Assembly: GCA_024720975.1 (NCBI GenBank)
Contig: JANJXX010000001.1
Span: 255,408-319,407 of the forward strand
Direction: 5' to 3'
Source: Thermoproteota archaeon
GTDB lineage: Archaea; Asgardarchaeota; Njordarchaeia; Njordarchaeales; Panguiarchaeaceae
Length of the DNA stretch: 64,000 nt
Notes under the pieces: model-generated
What the model was told of the DNA's origin: nothing
The model's input: the letters and a program-made list of their open reading frames with translations, nothing else
Database searches by the model: none
Program-made: the position numbers and the translations under genes
Part shown: positions 26,913 to 37,587 of the stretch, in pieces
Numbering within the stretch: the stretch's first letter is position 1
Layout: each line of letters starts with the position of its first letter

Positions 26913-29843
26913 ATGGAAAAGCTCACTTTGGAGTACTTACGCACAATTGAGAGGAAATGGCAACAAATATGGAAGGAGAGAAACATCTATGAGGCTGACG
27001 CTGATCCTAAAAAACCTAAGTTCTTCCTGACTGTTCCATATCCTTATACATCGGGTCCTTTACATATAGGACACGGTCGTACATATGTTCTAGGCGACAT
27101 TATTGCGCGATTTAAGCGATTGCTTGGCTTCAATGTTCTCTTCCCAATGGCTTTTCACGTTACAGGAATGCCTATACTCTCCATAAGTGACCGAATAAGT
27201 CGAGGGGATAGAAAAACTATAGACCTGTACCGGACTTATGTTCGGCTTTACATTGATAATGAAGAGGAAGTCGAAAGAGTTTTAGAATCCTTCAAGGATC
27301 CTATTAATGTTGCAACATTCTTTGCCGATAACATTCAGAAGGATTTTGAGTCTATAGGATTAAGCATTGACTGGAGGAGAAAATTTCACACGGCTGAACC
27401 AATATATAATAAATTCATTGAGTGGCAGTATTATCGCTTGAAAGACCTGGATCTATTAAAGAAAGGCACACACTACGTACGTTACTGTCTTCTCCATAAA
27501 CAACCAGAAGGCGAGGATGATATAGAAGATGGTGATGTTAATCCAGTTCATATACAGGAATTCGTAGCAATAAAGTTTAAATACGAGGATGGATACATAC
27601 TAGCATCGACTCTTCGACCAGAAACCCTTTATGGAGCAACTAACATGTGGGTCAACCCAAATGCGACATACGTCAAAGTGCGCGTTCATAACGGTGAAAT
27701 CTGGTACATTTCGAGGGAGAGTCTAATCAAACTGAAACACCAATATCCCTTTGAGTTCGAGGCCATCGAGGACACCATAGGGAGTGCATTCGTTGGTAAA
27801 TACGTAGAGAGCCCATTAGGAGACAAATTAGTCATATTACCAGCATCATTTGTTGATCCTGACAGGGTTACCGGCTTTGTCTACTCAGAACCAGCTGATG
27901 CTCCGTATGATTATGCTGCCCTAATGGATCTTAAGAGAAACCCTGATACCCTGAGAAAGTATGGTGTGGATCCCTCGATTCTGGATAGTATCAAACCTAA
28001 GAAGATTATCGAGGTCAAGGGCATATCTGGACTTCATGCCGAGTATGTAATAAATAAATACAACATTAAGAATCAGTTAGATCCATCACTTCAAGATGCT
28101 ACTGAGGAGGTTTATAGGGAGCAGTTCTATAATGGCACTATGAATGAGAATGCAGGCGAGCTGGCTGGCTTACCTGTAATTATTGCACGGGATAGAATAA
28201 GAGAAAAGCTAATCAGAGAAAATAAGGCAATAATCTTCTATGAAACCTCTCGAAAAGCTGTTTGCAGGGGAAAAGGCAAGATCATTATCGCACGAGTAGA
28301 TAATCAATGGTTTTTGGATTACTCCTCTGAGTGGTGGAAAAAGAAAACAAAAGAACATTTTAAGAGAATGTTAATTGTTCCAGAGAAATACCGAAAAGTC
28401 TTCGAGGACGCCATAGATTGGCTTAAATTCAGGCCTTGTGCTAGATTAAGAGGTTTAGGAACACGTTTACCTTTCGATAAGGAGTGGCTAATAGAGTCAT
28501 TAAGCGATTCAACGATTTATATGGCTTTTTACACAATAGTCCATATAATAAGAAGCTCCAATATAGACCCAGAACAATTAACTCCAGAAGTCTTTGACTT
28601 CATCTTTCTGGGACACGGCGATCCGGCGGCGATATCCACTAAAACAGGTATACCCATAGATACCTTAGAGAAGATGCGAAGAAGTTTTGAATACTGGTAC
28701 CCAAACGATCTAAGACACACGGCAACACCGCACATATCAAATCACCTAACGTTTTTCATCATGCATCACATAGCATTGTTCCCAGAAAAATACTGGCCTA
28801 GAGGAATTTCACTCAACGAATTAGTTATATGCGAAGGCCAAAAAATGGCGAAATCTCGAGGAAACGTTATACCTCTAGTAGATATAGCTAAGAAGTATAG
28901 CGCAGATTTATTTAGATTATACGTTGCTAGCAGCGCCGATCTCGATGGTGTTGTAGATTGGCGGGAAGTCGAAGTAGCTCGGCTTGAAAGAAGTCTATTA
29001 TCATTCATGAGAATTTGTCTAGATGCGACAAAAATTGAGGAAGCGGATACTAGCGTTATTGAAAAGCCTGCAGTTCGATGGTTCTTATCAGTTTTCTATC
29101 GGCATCTTGAAAACGCTAAAACTTTGCTCGAAAATTTCAAGATAAGAGACTACATAACCTCAATGTACTATGAGATCATAAACTACATAGACAAGATAAA
29201 GAAGCGTATCGGGGAGCATGATGCGCTGAAAGCCGTTAGATTGATTCTAAAGGATTGGATTATAGCATTAAGCCCGGTTATTCCACATATTGCAGAGGAA
29301 ATTTGGTCAAGGATAAACCGCGATCCCCTTAAATGGAGCATTAATTTAGAGCGTTGGCCAGAGACTCGGAAAGAATTCATAAACGAGAGGCTAGAAGCTC
29401 TTGAAGACATCTTAGGGAACCTAATAAGCTTGGGTAGAGAACTTAAGAGACTACTTAAAAGCCCCGTGAGCTCCGCCCTAATAGTTGTTGCTGCCGAATG
29501 GAAATTTGAAGTACTAGATCTCTTACGTGAAAAATTCCTCAAAGGTGGCACAAGGGATCTAAAGCAAATGCTTGGCCAAGTAAGAGAGAAGGAGAGTTTA
29601 AGAAAGCATATTGAACAAGTCGCGGAGATATTAAAGAAGGTGTTTGAAGGAAAGATAAAGGTACCAGAGGTTGAGTTAACCCAAAGAGATGTTTATGAAT
29701 ACTTACAACAGAATCGGGAACACATCGCTCGCGAGTTGGATGTAGCCTCAGTTGAGATAATAATCGAAGAAACTGCTACACCTGATATTAGGGATAGAGC
29801 ACAAAGATCACTTCCGGACCGACCAATAATAGTTTTTGCATGA
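26913..29843 (+). CDS. leuS: Leucine--tRNA ligase (archaeal/eukaryotic type)
   Basis: PYPYTSGPLHIGH, TLRPET, editing domain (SEPADAPYD), WLIESLSDSTIY and KMAKS. Confidence 0.97.
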   Translation: MEKLTLEYLRTIERKWQQIWKERNIYEADADPKKPKFFLTVPYPYTSGPLHIGHGRTYVLGDIIARFKRLLGFNVLFPMAFHVTGMPILSISDRISRGDRKTIDLYRTYVRLYIDNEEEVERVLESFKDPINVATFFADNIQKDFESIGLSIDWRRKFHTAEPIYNKFIEWQYYRLKDLDLLKKGTHYVRYCLLHKQPEGEDDIEDGDVNPVHIQEFVAIKFKYEDGYILASTLRPETLYGATNMWVNPNATYVKVRVHNGEIWYISRESLIKLKHQYPFEFEAIEDTIGSAFVGKYVESPLGDKLVILPASFVDPDRVTGFVYSEPADAPYDYAALMDLKRNPDTLRKYGVDPSILDSIKPKKIIEVKGISGLHAEYVINKYNIKNQLDPSLQDATEEVYREQFYNGTMNENAGELAGLPVIIARDRIREKLIRENKAIIFYETSRKAVCRGKGKIIIARVDNQWFLDYSSEWWKKKTKEHFKRMLIVPEKYRKVFEDAIDWLKFRPCARLRGLGTRLPFDKEWLIESLSDSTIYMAFYTIVHIIRSSNIDPEQLTPEVFDFIFLGHGDPAAISTKTGIPIDTLEKMRRSFEYWYPNDLRHTATPHISNHLTFFIMHHIALFPEKYWPRGISLNELVICEGQKMAKSRGNVIPLVDIAKKYSADLFRLYVASSADLDGVVDWREVEVARLERSLLSFMRICLDATKIEEADTSVIEKPAVRWFLSVFYRHLENAKTLLENFKIRDYITSMYYEIINYIDKIKKRIGEHDALKAVRLILKDWIIALSPVIPHIAEEIWSRINRDPLKWSINLERWPETRKEFINERLEALEDILGNLISLGRELKRLLKSPVSSALIVVAAEWKFEVLDLLREKFLKGGTRDLKQMLGQVREKESLRKHIEQVAEILKKVFEGKIKVPEVELTQRDVYEYLQQNREHIARELDVASVEIIIEETATPDIRDRAQRSLPDRPIIVFA

Positions 29844-29952
29844 TTCTAAAGGTATCAATTATTAATTGCTCCGTTATATACACTTTTATACACTGTGGGC
29901 TAAGTCTAAACGTGCATATATTGCCTAATTGCAATAAATCTTAGCTAGCAGG

Positions 29953-31860
29953 ATGGTTCACATGTCCAGTTCGAGTCTTTTAGATGTGCTTAAAATTATT
30001 GAAGACCGTGAGCTCAAAATCCAAGAGCGTCTTGCGGCAATTAACAAAATACCACAATTAGATTCAAATATTTTAATCGCTAACATTAGACGCATACTAG
30101 AGACATTGACCTATCTAGGAAAGTACGTAGAAATGGGAATTCCATCGGAGCAGGAAACCTATGGAACCCTGCTTTTAATTCTTTCTGAAGTCTTAAAGTT
30201 AGCTCCTAAGTACATTGACGAAACATTTAAATTCCTGAGGAAAATCCATGAAGCGTTCCCGAAGACTCTCTCTGGAAGAGCCTTAACAATGACATTGCAT
30301 GCATTAAAAAATTTTGTGGGCATCAAACACGAAATTATCTTTGACCCTTATGTTAAAGATTTATTTAGAAAAGCTCTAATGAGCAAAGAGCACTATGTGA
30401 GACTGGAGGGGCTCCGCTCATTAATAGATTCTCTATGGATCGTTCCCTGGGCGACTAGTTACTACATGGATCTGTTAAATCTATTAATTTCAAATGAGCA
30501 AGATCCTTTACATGCAACCTTATTCGAAGAGTTAGGTAAAATCGCTAAGAAAAGTTACCTCCCAGTCAGACCTATAGTGCAAATGCTTCTCAAAGAGTAT
30601 ACGATTCCGACAAATATTCCGAAGCATGTAGTGAGATTTATTGCAAACCTCAATATTCCGATATATAAAAGGGAAGACATAAACTCCGTAGGCAAATTGC
30701 TAGAGGAGATAGCGCTCTTACATAAAGATAGCGAGCTGGGGATAATTAGCATATTTGGCTTAGCCAATATGTATAGAAATCCCGCACTTATTGAAGAAAA
30801 ACAACGACTGATTAAACTGCTGGAGCAACTTTCAACGGAGGCTACTAAATCAGCAAATATAAATCTTGCACTGGCTTGCCTAAAGGCCCTATCTATACCT
30901 GCTTGGGGTGATTTAGAAATTCCCGAGAGTATTATAGAAGGACTGTTGTCTGCATATAGTAAGATACAGGACCCCCACCAATGCCACTTATTCATTGATG
31001 CGTTGTTCAGTGTCTATTCGAATTTACCTAGGCTTTCTAGGTTAATCATAGGATTTCTAGTGAACGAGCTTACTAGAATTACGGATATCGAGCTAATGAG
31101 AAAGTTCACTGACACATTAAGTGCAATCGCGAGTTCCGCTCCTCAGGAAAATATAATTAAAGATATCTTGAAGTTCACTTTAGCGGCTTATAACCGCTCG
31201 GATGAGGAGTTTAGCGCATTCATGCGTATTTGGGTTGCAGAAAACGTCTTACTACGCATTGCTAGGACTAATCCACGTATAATACTGGATTCTGCTGATG
31301 AGCTTTTGGATGCATATAGAAAAGTACCTAGTGCAACACTCTACGAGATTTTCTGTAGGATTTTCTTCGAAGCCTTAAAGCTACATCCCAACCATGAAAA
31401 TGCCGTTAAACTTTTGGACTACATCCTCGATGCACCTAACTATGAAGAAACCTATGATACGATACTCAGAATAATTTCAGAACTGGCACATAAATTTAAA
31501 GAACACTTGACTGAGAAATTGGATAAGTTTAGTGCCATTCTAGATGTTATACTAAGAAAGCAAAGGGAAATAACGGATGTTCGGGAGAAATACTACCTAA
31601 TTGACAATGCAATGAAGAATTTAGCACGAATATTGAACACTATAAACCCTGCGGTTAAACCTGAGGTTCTACCAGATTACTGCGATATTTTGCTACTGAT
31701 GTTAATCAACGCGTCAGAAGATGTACTAAAAGATGTTGAATTCTTGCTCAAGAACTTTATAACGGAATCAAATAAAAGGTCCTTTTTAAGTGAGAAAGCC
31801 CGAGAGAAAGCCATTCCTCCTAGAGGATTGGAGGTACTCAAGAGAATAGGGGTTCTTTAA
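29953..31860 (+). CDS. HEAT/ARM-like alpha-solenoid hypothetical protein
   Basis: 635-aa all-helical ORF with HEAT-like segments (LFRKALMSKEHYVRLEGLRSL). Confidence 0.6.
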   Translation: MVHMSSSSLLDVLKIIEDRELKIQERLAAINKIPQLDSNILIANIRRILETLTYLGKYVEMGIPSEQETYGTLLLILSEVLKLAPKYIDETFKFLRKIHEAFPKTLSGRALTMTLHALKNFVGIKHEIIFDPYVKDLFRKALMSKEHYVRLEGLRSLIDSLWIVPWATSYYMDLLNLLISNEQDPLHATLFEELGKIAKKSYLPVRPIVQMLLKEYTIPTNIPKHVVRFIANLNIPIYKREDINSVGKLLEEIALLHKDSELGIISIFGLANMYRNPALIEEKQRLIKLLEQLSTEATKSANINLALACLKALSIPAWGDLEIPESIIEGLLSAYSKIQDPHQCHLFIDALFSVYSNLPRLSRLIIGFLVNELTRITDIELMRKFTDTLSAIASSAPQENIIKDILKFTLAAYNRSDEEFSAFMRIWVAENVLLRIARTNPRIILDSADELLDAYRKVPSATLYEIFCRIFFEALKLHPNHENAVKLLDYILDAPNYEETYDTILRIISELAHKFKEHLTEKLDKFSAILDVILRKQREITDVREKYYLIDNAMKNLARILNTINPAVKPEVLPDYCDILLLMLINASEDVLKDVEFLLKNFITESNKRSFLSEKAREKAIPPRGLEVLKRIGVL

Positions 31861-32627
31861 TGATTCACAATAATACCACGCTTTAATCGATCCTGCAATT
31901 GAATAACTTTACCAAAATTTAATACATGACCTGCGGTGGATACCAAAATAACCTCATAGTCATTTAAGTTGTCCTCAAGTAATGGGGACTTGTACTCATC
32001 TGAGTCCATCATACCGTTAATGATATCAAACCCAGACAACAAGGGCGTCAGTGCCGGAAGTATCAAGGAACGCTCCCCTAGTAGGAAACATTTGAATCTA
32101 TGATGTGATATTCCATCGAAAACTGTCACTACTGGATGCACATGAGCCATCACGAGGAATTTGTCTTCAGTGACGATATCCTCTGGGACCGGTTTATGTC
32201 CATGTATGAGTACTATATCCTCGAGTATTAGGTAATCGAGTACCTTAACACCAAATCTCTCAAGGAAGCCACTGATATATGTATCATGATTACCTCTGAT
32301 AAGTATTAACTCTTTATTCAGGCTCTTCAGAGACGCAAGTAAATCAAGAACCTCTTTGTGCTCTTGAGGAGTCCTCTCCTCGAATTTATGCTTCAGATCG
32401 CCTAGGATTATTATGCGTTCTGGTTTTGCGTGCTCTATAGCTCTAAGTATGTTAAGTTTCATCCTACTGTATTGAACAGGCGGAATAAAAAGACCTTTCT
32501 CCGCAAGCGCAAATTCCAATCCTATGTGGGTATCGGCAAATACCAAGGATTGCAGGTCTTTTATATGCAGCATTCCTTCAGGTAGTAGTTGAAATCGCTC
32601 TTTGACTTTTTTGAATAGCTCTTCCAT
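31857..32627 (-). CDS. Metallophosphoesterase (calcineurin-like)
   Basis: ADTHIG, LGDLKH, RGNHD, HGH and AHVHP. Confidence 0.9.
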   Translation of the reverse strand: MEELFKKVKERFQLLPEGMLHIKDLQSLVFADTHIGLEFALAEKGLFIPPVQYSRMKLNILRAIEHAKPERIIILGDLKHKFEERTPQEHKEVLDLLASLKSLNKELILIRGNHDTYISGFLERFGVKVLDYLILEDIVLIHGHKPVPEDIVTEDKFLVMAHVHPVVTVFDGISHHRFKCFLLGERSLILPALTPLLSGFDIINGMMDSDEYKSPLLEDNLNDYEVILVSTAGHVLNFGKVIQLQDRLKRGIIVNH

Positions 32628-32947
32628 GGGTATCTTCCACGTATCAATCCCTTTATCTTAAAGACGTGCCTAAATAATACCAAAATTTTGCCTTGATGTA
32701 ATCAATTACCTGCGATTTCCTAGGTTTTCTCCTGTTACTTACTGCTAAAGATCGCAAGTACGTGATTATTTCTACAGAATGGTACTCACAGGGATTACCA
32801 AACCAACTTGAAGATTAGGCGTTGCACTCCTTCTAATAACCACCAACGGTTAATCCCATAATGCACTATTGACAAGTCGAACAAACTTCTACATTTTTAT
32901 TTCTTAAACTTTTAATATAAACCTACAAGTTGTTTTGGGGTAGCAGA

Positions 32948-33412
32948 ATGGCTTCTGAGGATACAAAAGCAGCTAGGGCGGAAATAAATGAGATTCTTAA
33001 ATCCATTTGCGAGTCTGATGCACACATGATTGGAGTTTTATTAGTCGACTCACAAAGTGATTTAATCACAATGCAATACATTAGGAAGGACCAGGTTAGG
33101 GAATTAAGTGCAAGAGGGGGCTTTACCGAACTCAAGGGAGGCGTACTAGGTCGATTAATTCCCGCTCTGAAAGACCTATGTCTTGATGGCGGCTTAAATA
33201 TAGGCGATCCAAATGTGTCAATAATTCTTGCTAATAATGGAACCGCAATAGTATGCCTTATCACTCCTCGGTGGACAATCATTGCTTTCGGAAAAAGAGA
33301 GCTAAACATAGCACATGTAGCCCGGCAGATTGTAGGGTTGCGTTCGAAATTTCAGACATTGATTGAAAAGGCCAAACTTGAAGGGGAAACTTTTGAAGAA
33401 TGGGGTTTCTGA
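32948..33412 (+). CDS. Roadblock/LC7-like protein
   Basis: Helix-GVLLVDSQSDLI-helix-three strands-LNIAHV helix topology. ATG at 32948. Confidence 0.65.
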   Translation: MASEDTKAARAEINEILKSICESDAHMIGVLLVDSQSDLITMQYIRKDQVRELSARGGFTELKGGVLGRLIPALKDLCLDGGLNIGDPNVSIILANNGTAIVCLITPRWTIIAFGKRELNIAHVARQIVGLRSKFQTLIEKAKLEGETFEEWGF

Positions 33413-33771
33413 TGCAAGACATTTTAAGAATAATTCGAAGACGATTTCATGGAAGCATTGATCTTCGAATAGGTCACAGAGGAATTCATAGCAAATTAAT
33501 TGAAGAAGCTAGAAATCTACTAGAGAAGAGGGGTGGAATCATAAAGCTAAGGATCCTCCGTAATGCGGCGGCAACAAAAGAAGAAGCTCAAGAACTTGCA
33601 AATTTATTAGCATACGAAATTGGCGCTGATTTTGCGAAAGTCATAGGACGCAGTGCTGTAATTGGAAAGATAAGCCTAATTAAGAAGAGCCTCGATAAAA
33701 CCACTAGAAAAATGCAGACTCAACAGCGGACGCAAACTCGAAGAGTTTATTCCTCTTATCAGAGGCCTTAA
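33412..33771 (+). CDS. YhbY/CRM-domain RNA-binding protein
   Basis: LRIGHRGI...IIKLRILRN...VIGRSAV. Confidence 0.8.
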   Translation: MQDILRIIRRRFHGSIDLRIGHRGIHSKLIEEARNLLEKRGGIIKLRILRNAAATKEEAQELANLLAYEIGADFAKVIGRSAVIGKISLIKKSLDKTTRKMQTQQRTQTRRVYSSYQRP

Positions 33772-34393
33772 CAAACGCACTAGATATCAGAACACCCATA
33801 ACTCCGTAACTAAAAGCTAGTTTCACATCCTCCTCTGTGGAAATTCCCGCACCGCATATCGGTATAGACTTTCCGTCTGATTCCTGCACAATGCTGACTA
33901 CGCTTATCTTTAGGTCGTTAGGTTTAGCCTTCGAAACACTAACTCCCGTACCAATAAGCTCAGGTGGCTCAAATGCCACGTAGTCTGGCCTTAATGCTGC
34001 TATCTTTGAGACTTCTTTCAGATCTCTAGCGCATGCTAGAGTTTCTATGCCTAGACTGCGCGACTTATCAATAATCTGAGAGATTGCCTCTATGCTAATG
34101 GGTCTTTCAGAATGATTTATGATCGTACCATCAGCCCCTAAGATTTTTATTGCTTCCAGAGGTAGATGACCCGTGTACGCTCCTAAGGGAACTGGGTCAA
34201 CATGTTGGGAATATATTTTCACGAGGCGTTTCTTTTTGGAAAATTCAGACAGACAAAACGCATTTGGTGCCAACACAAAGCTTATCTGAGGAAATTCGTG
34301 CGCAACATTTTCGACGACGTTTAGGATTTCTAATCCTTCATCAAACGCTTCTTTATATGCCTTCAAATTTAGGATAATGAGTGGCTTCTTCAT
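33704..34393 (-). CDS. tpiA: Triosephosphate isomerase (archaeal type)
   Basis: NLKAY, SQHVD, NHSE, EPPELIGTG and CGAGIS. Confidence 0.96.
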   Translation of the reverse strand: MKKPLIILNLKAYKEAFDEGLEILNVVENVAHEFPQISFVLAPNAFCLSEFSKKKRLVKIYSQHVDPVPLGAYTGHLPLEAIKILGADGTIINHSERPISIEAISQIIDKSRSLGIETLACARDLKEVSKIAALRPDYVAFEPPELIGTGVSVSKAKPNDLKISVVSIVQESDGKSIPICGAGISTEEDVKLAFSYGVMGVLISSAFVKASDKRNKLFEFASAVESAFF

Positions 34394-34432
34394 AAAATCA
34401 CCATTGTAACTAGAAGCGAAAAGGCGATAATA

Positions 34433-35296
34433 ATGAAGCTGACTATCGGCAGCTACGTAACAATTAGTTACGAGATCAAGTACTTAGAGCATGGGGAGGA
34501 GTATATACTTGCAACTACACGCCGAAAAATTGTTAGGAATGAAAGCTCCGAGGAAATCGTTGACGAACCAGTAATAGTCAGACTAGGTGATGCTGAACTC
34601 CCGGAATTCTTTGAAAAACTTCTGCAAGAATCCGACATTGATATAGGAAAGGAATATCTAGAAGAAATTCCACCCGAAAAAGCCTATGGTAAGAGAGACA
34701 CAAACAAAATAGAGTCAGTGCCGCTAAAGAAGATCCGAAGATTACTCCAACAAGAGGCTTTAATTACGGATGACAATACTAAAGCACTCAACGTAGGGAA
34801 AATTTTATACGCAAACTTAGGAGGACTAAGAGTATACTATGGTCGTGTTCTTCACGTCGGTGATAGAGATGTTGTCGTAGATAGGAATCATCCACTCGCA
34901 GGAAAGACTATGAAAACCTGGTTTAAAATCCACGATGCTATTCTACCAACCGCTCCTAAAGAGCAATTGGTTAGAGTAATCCTTAGAAAATTATTTGGCG
35001 CAGTAGAGAGTTTTCTAAAATCACGTTTTTTAAGCGAGAACATCCTAGAAATTGAGTTGTCTAAGGATTATTTTCTAAAATTCTCGGAATTCGATAGACA
35101 AACTGCAGAAACAATCATACGCGAATTGTACACGCCAAAAGTCATCCTTATGGCAAGAGCAAACTCACTCTTTAAAGATCTAGGCATTACGAGAATTATT
35201 TGGATTGATGAATACGAAGTTCGAATCGAAACACCAGCTGTGGGACTTGAGAAGAGCACTGAAGGCTCAATCGAAAACGAGACTAAGGAGCAATAA
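34433..35296 (+). CDS. FKBP-type peptidyl-prolyl isomerase (long archaeal type)
   Basis: IPPEKAYGKRD and VVDRNHPLAGKT, plus a C-terminal extra domain. Confidence 0.85.
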   Translation: MKLTIGSYVTISYEIKYLEHGEEYILATTRRKIVRNESSEEIVDEPVIVRLGDAELPEFFEKLLQESDIDIGKEYLEEIPPEKAYGKRDTNKIESVPLKKIRRLLQQEALITDDNTKALNVGKILYANLGGLRVYYGRVLHVGDRDVVVDRNHPLAGKTMKTWFKIHDAILPTAPKEQLVRVILRKLFGAVESFLKSRFLSENILEIELSKDYFLKFSEFDRQTAETIIRELYTPKVILMARANSLFKDLGITRIIWIDEYEVRIETPAVGLEKSTEGSIENETKEQ

Positions 35297-35321
35297 ACCT
35301 TGGGATTACAGAGGAGAAGTA

Positions 35322-35783
35322 CTATTCTTTTTCCATTTTGGCCTCTCTAGAAGAATTGCTAGTTGCATCATTATTTACTTCACTTAGCTCAACCTTGGCA
35401 CCTCTGCTGTAGAGGAAGGATATCATTTCCCCTCGGGTAAGGGTGATCAAACCGTATCGCCGAGCTTTTTCGATTGCTAAATCCGATATTTTATTTCCTA
35501 TAACTATCCCTGCAGTCAATCCCAGAGATTCGACAACTCTCTTGAACTTTATTATTGTGTCGCTTCCTATTGAGCGTCGCCAGTCTTTAATTATTACCCC
35601 CCAACGTTCGCCGGTGTCTTCTATGAATATTATAAAACTTATTGCATTCTTTTTTTGCACACTAGGAGGCGGTTCTATTATTTTGAAGTTGCGTTGGTGA
35701 GAGTTTAGGACCTCCTCGAAGTACCTTATCGCAAGATTCTGTAAGGGCATGTTTTTTAAGCTCTCTGACATGCTAAAAACCAT
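35322..35783 (-). CDS. Mrr-like restriction-endonuclease-fold protein (degenerate)
   Basis: GVIIKDWRRSIG...AGIVIGNKISDLAIEKARRYGLITL matches the Mrr_cat pattern. Confidence 0.6.
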   Translation of the reverse strand: MVFSMSESLKNMPLQNLAIRYFEEVLNSHQRNFKIIEPPPSVQKKNAISFIIFIEDTGERWGVIIKDWRRSIGSDTIIKFKRVVESLGLTAGIVIGNKISDLAIEKARRYGLITLTRGEMISFLYSRGAKVELSEVNNDATSNSSREAKMEKE

Positions 35784-35965
35784 GCTAAGCCGTCTAGTAC
35801 CTACTTATTAGTTAGTTTGCAGTACAATAAAAAGGTTAGCTACTGGCTTAAACACTTCAAACCTTTAATAAGAACCAAATCGGTTTTTTAGACCCCGGGA
35901 TTTGCTAAAGGTGAAAATAACAAAAATTTGATGAAGATATTATACCTATAAGGCTCTTCCGAACC

Positions 35966-36021
35966 TACGATGATGATGTTCGGCCCTCTGAGCCTCTGAT
36001 GAAGATCTTGAGTGCTGAGTA
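35966..36021 (+). ncRNA. C/D-box guide sRNA
   Basis: C ATGATGA (35970-76), guide TGTTCGGCCCT, D' CTGA, C' TGATGA, guide AGATCTTGAGTG, D CTGA (36015-18), short TAC/GTA closure. Confidence 0.8.
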
Positions 36022-36044
36022 CTCAATTATGACGGCTGATTACG

Positions 36045-36863
36045 ATGCAACTAGCTGACAAACCCATCTTAGATGGTAAATTGTACCACATAGCTATCGC
36101 CCCAAACGAGCTTCCCCGCTACATTCTAGTACCAGGTGATCCACAAAGAACTGAGATCATTGCTAACATGTGGGATGAAAAAGAGGAGTTGGCGTACTAT
36201 AGGCAGTACAGAAGCTTTCGGGGAAAGTATAAGAATGCTCCTATAGGAACTGTTTCTACGGGCATTGGGGGGCCAGCAACGGAGATTTGTATCATCGAAC
36301 TACTGTATGCTGGTGCTGATACATTTATTCGGGTTGGCTCTACAGGGGCATTAGTTAAGGATATAGAGCTTGGAGACCTTATTATTAACTATGCAGCTGT
36401 GAGACTTGATGGAGCCTCCCGTGCATATGCACCTCTGGAGTTTCCAGCGGTTGCTAGTCTTGATGTAACACTCGCTTTAATCAAGGCAGCAGAGGCTCTC
36501 GGATACAGATACCACGTTGGAATAGCAGCTAGCACTGATTCCTTCTACGCTGGGCAAGAGAGACCTATCAACGGTTGGCTACCCGATAATCAACGTGGCT
36601 TAATAGAGAGACTAAAACGACTGAGAGTAATCAACTTTGAAATGGAATGCGCTACATTGTTCACAATAGCATCAATTTTTGGAGCCAGAGCTGGTAGCGT
36701 GTGTGCAGTTTATGCGAATAGAGAAACTGGTGATTTCTCAAAGAAGGGAGAAAGCGAAGCATGTAAGGTAGCATGCGAAGCTGTTCGAATACTCTATGAG
36801 TGGGATGAAGAACGCAATCGCCTCAGAAAAGGCACATTTTGGATACCGGAATTATTCAAATGA
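36045..36863 (+). CDS. udp: Uridine phosphorylase
   Basis: YHI, PGDPQR, STGIGGP, IRVGSTG, SFYAGQER and NFEME. Confidence 0.92.
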   Translation: MQLADKPILDGKLYHIAIAPNELPRYILVPGDPQRTEIIANMWDEKEELAYYRQYRSFRGKYKNAPIGTVSTGIGGPATEICIIELLYAGADTFIRVGSTGALVKDIELGDLIINYAAVRLDGASRAYAPLEFPAVASLDVTLALIKAAEALGYRYHVGIAASTDSFYAGQERPINGWLPDNQRGLIERLKRLRVINFEMECATLFTIASIFGARAGSVCAVYANRETGDFSKKGESEACKVACEAVRILYEWDEERNRLRKGTFWIPELFK

Positions 36864-37575
36864 GTATGTCTAGGCCTACTTTAAAGAACCCAATGGTTTC
36901 AGGTAGGTATTTCGAGTAAACAATACGCAACATGAATAGTCCTCTTCTAACTTTTTTGAGAAGTATTAATGTGTCAGTGAATAATTGAAGCACATTCCAG
37001 AATGCCGGAATTGACCCCTCTTTCTTCCAAAATTCCGGTGCGTTCACTTCCTTTGTTATGGACCGCATTTCATCGACAAGCATTAAGATATAATCTCTCT
37101 TATCAAGCAAGTTTCGCAATCCGGCTAAAAAACTGTATACTTCTCTTTTAAGTGCTCCCCGCTTGGCATCTGAGAACTTTCTTGATAGAATCGTTCCGAT
37201 GAATATTGAAGGGAGCGGATCTATAGCCAGAAATATACTTCGGTTCTCGTCCGATTCCGCAATAAGTGTCCTTATGTAATTCAATATAAGATCTGAATCA
37301 GCTAGGCTCGATATCCTGATGTTACTAAGAACATGTTCTGAGATCATGTTTTTCTCGCAAATTTGCTGCAGATCAAATTTCCTGGTGATATTTTCGGGAT
37401 CTATAAGAACGACATTGGCATTAAATAAATCCTCCAAAAATCTTAGTGCCAGTAGCAGCATCAGAAGCGTCTTTCCCGCTCCAGGTGGTCCACAAATAGT
37501 AACAACTTGATTAATAGGTATTCCCCCAAGGCTATCTATGAAGCCAAGTCCAGTCCTGAATTTATTTACTATCAT
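36856..37575 (-). CDS. RecA-superfamily ATPase (RadB/aRadC-like)
   Basis: TGLGFIDSLGGIP, Walker A GPPGAGKT and LIDPE; no RadA N-terminal HhH domain. Confidence 0.8.
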   Translation of the reverse strand: MIVNKFRTGLGFIDSLGGIPINQVVTICGPPGAGKTLLMLLLALRFLEDLFNANVVLIDPENITRKFDLQQICEKNMISEHVLSNIRISSLADSDLILNYIRTLIAESDENRSIFLAIDPLPSIFIGTILSRKFSDAKRGALKREVYSFLAGLRNLLDKRDYILMLVDEMRSITKEVNAPEFWKKEGSIPAFWNVLQLFTDTLILLKKVRRGLFMLRIVYSKYLPETIGFFKVGLDILI

Positions 37576-37587
37576 TTTGGGGTCCTT

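Noticed and set aside
32791-32860. GGGATTA/TAATCCC stem followed by ATA, a possible H/ACA RNA
   Set aside because: No K-turn/K-loop and weak upper-stem pairing; could be chance.
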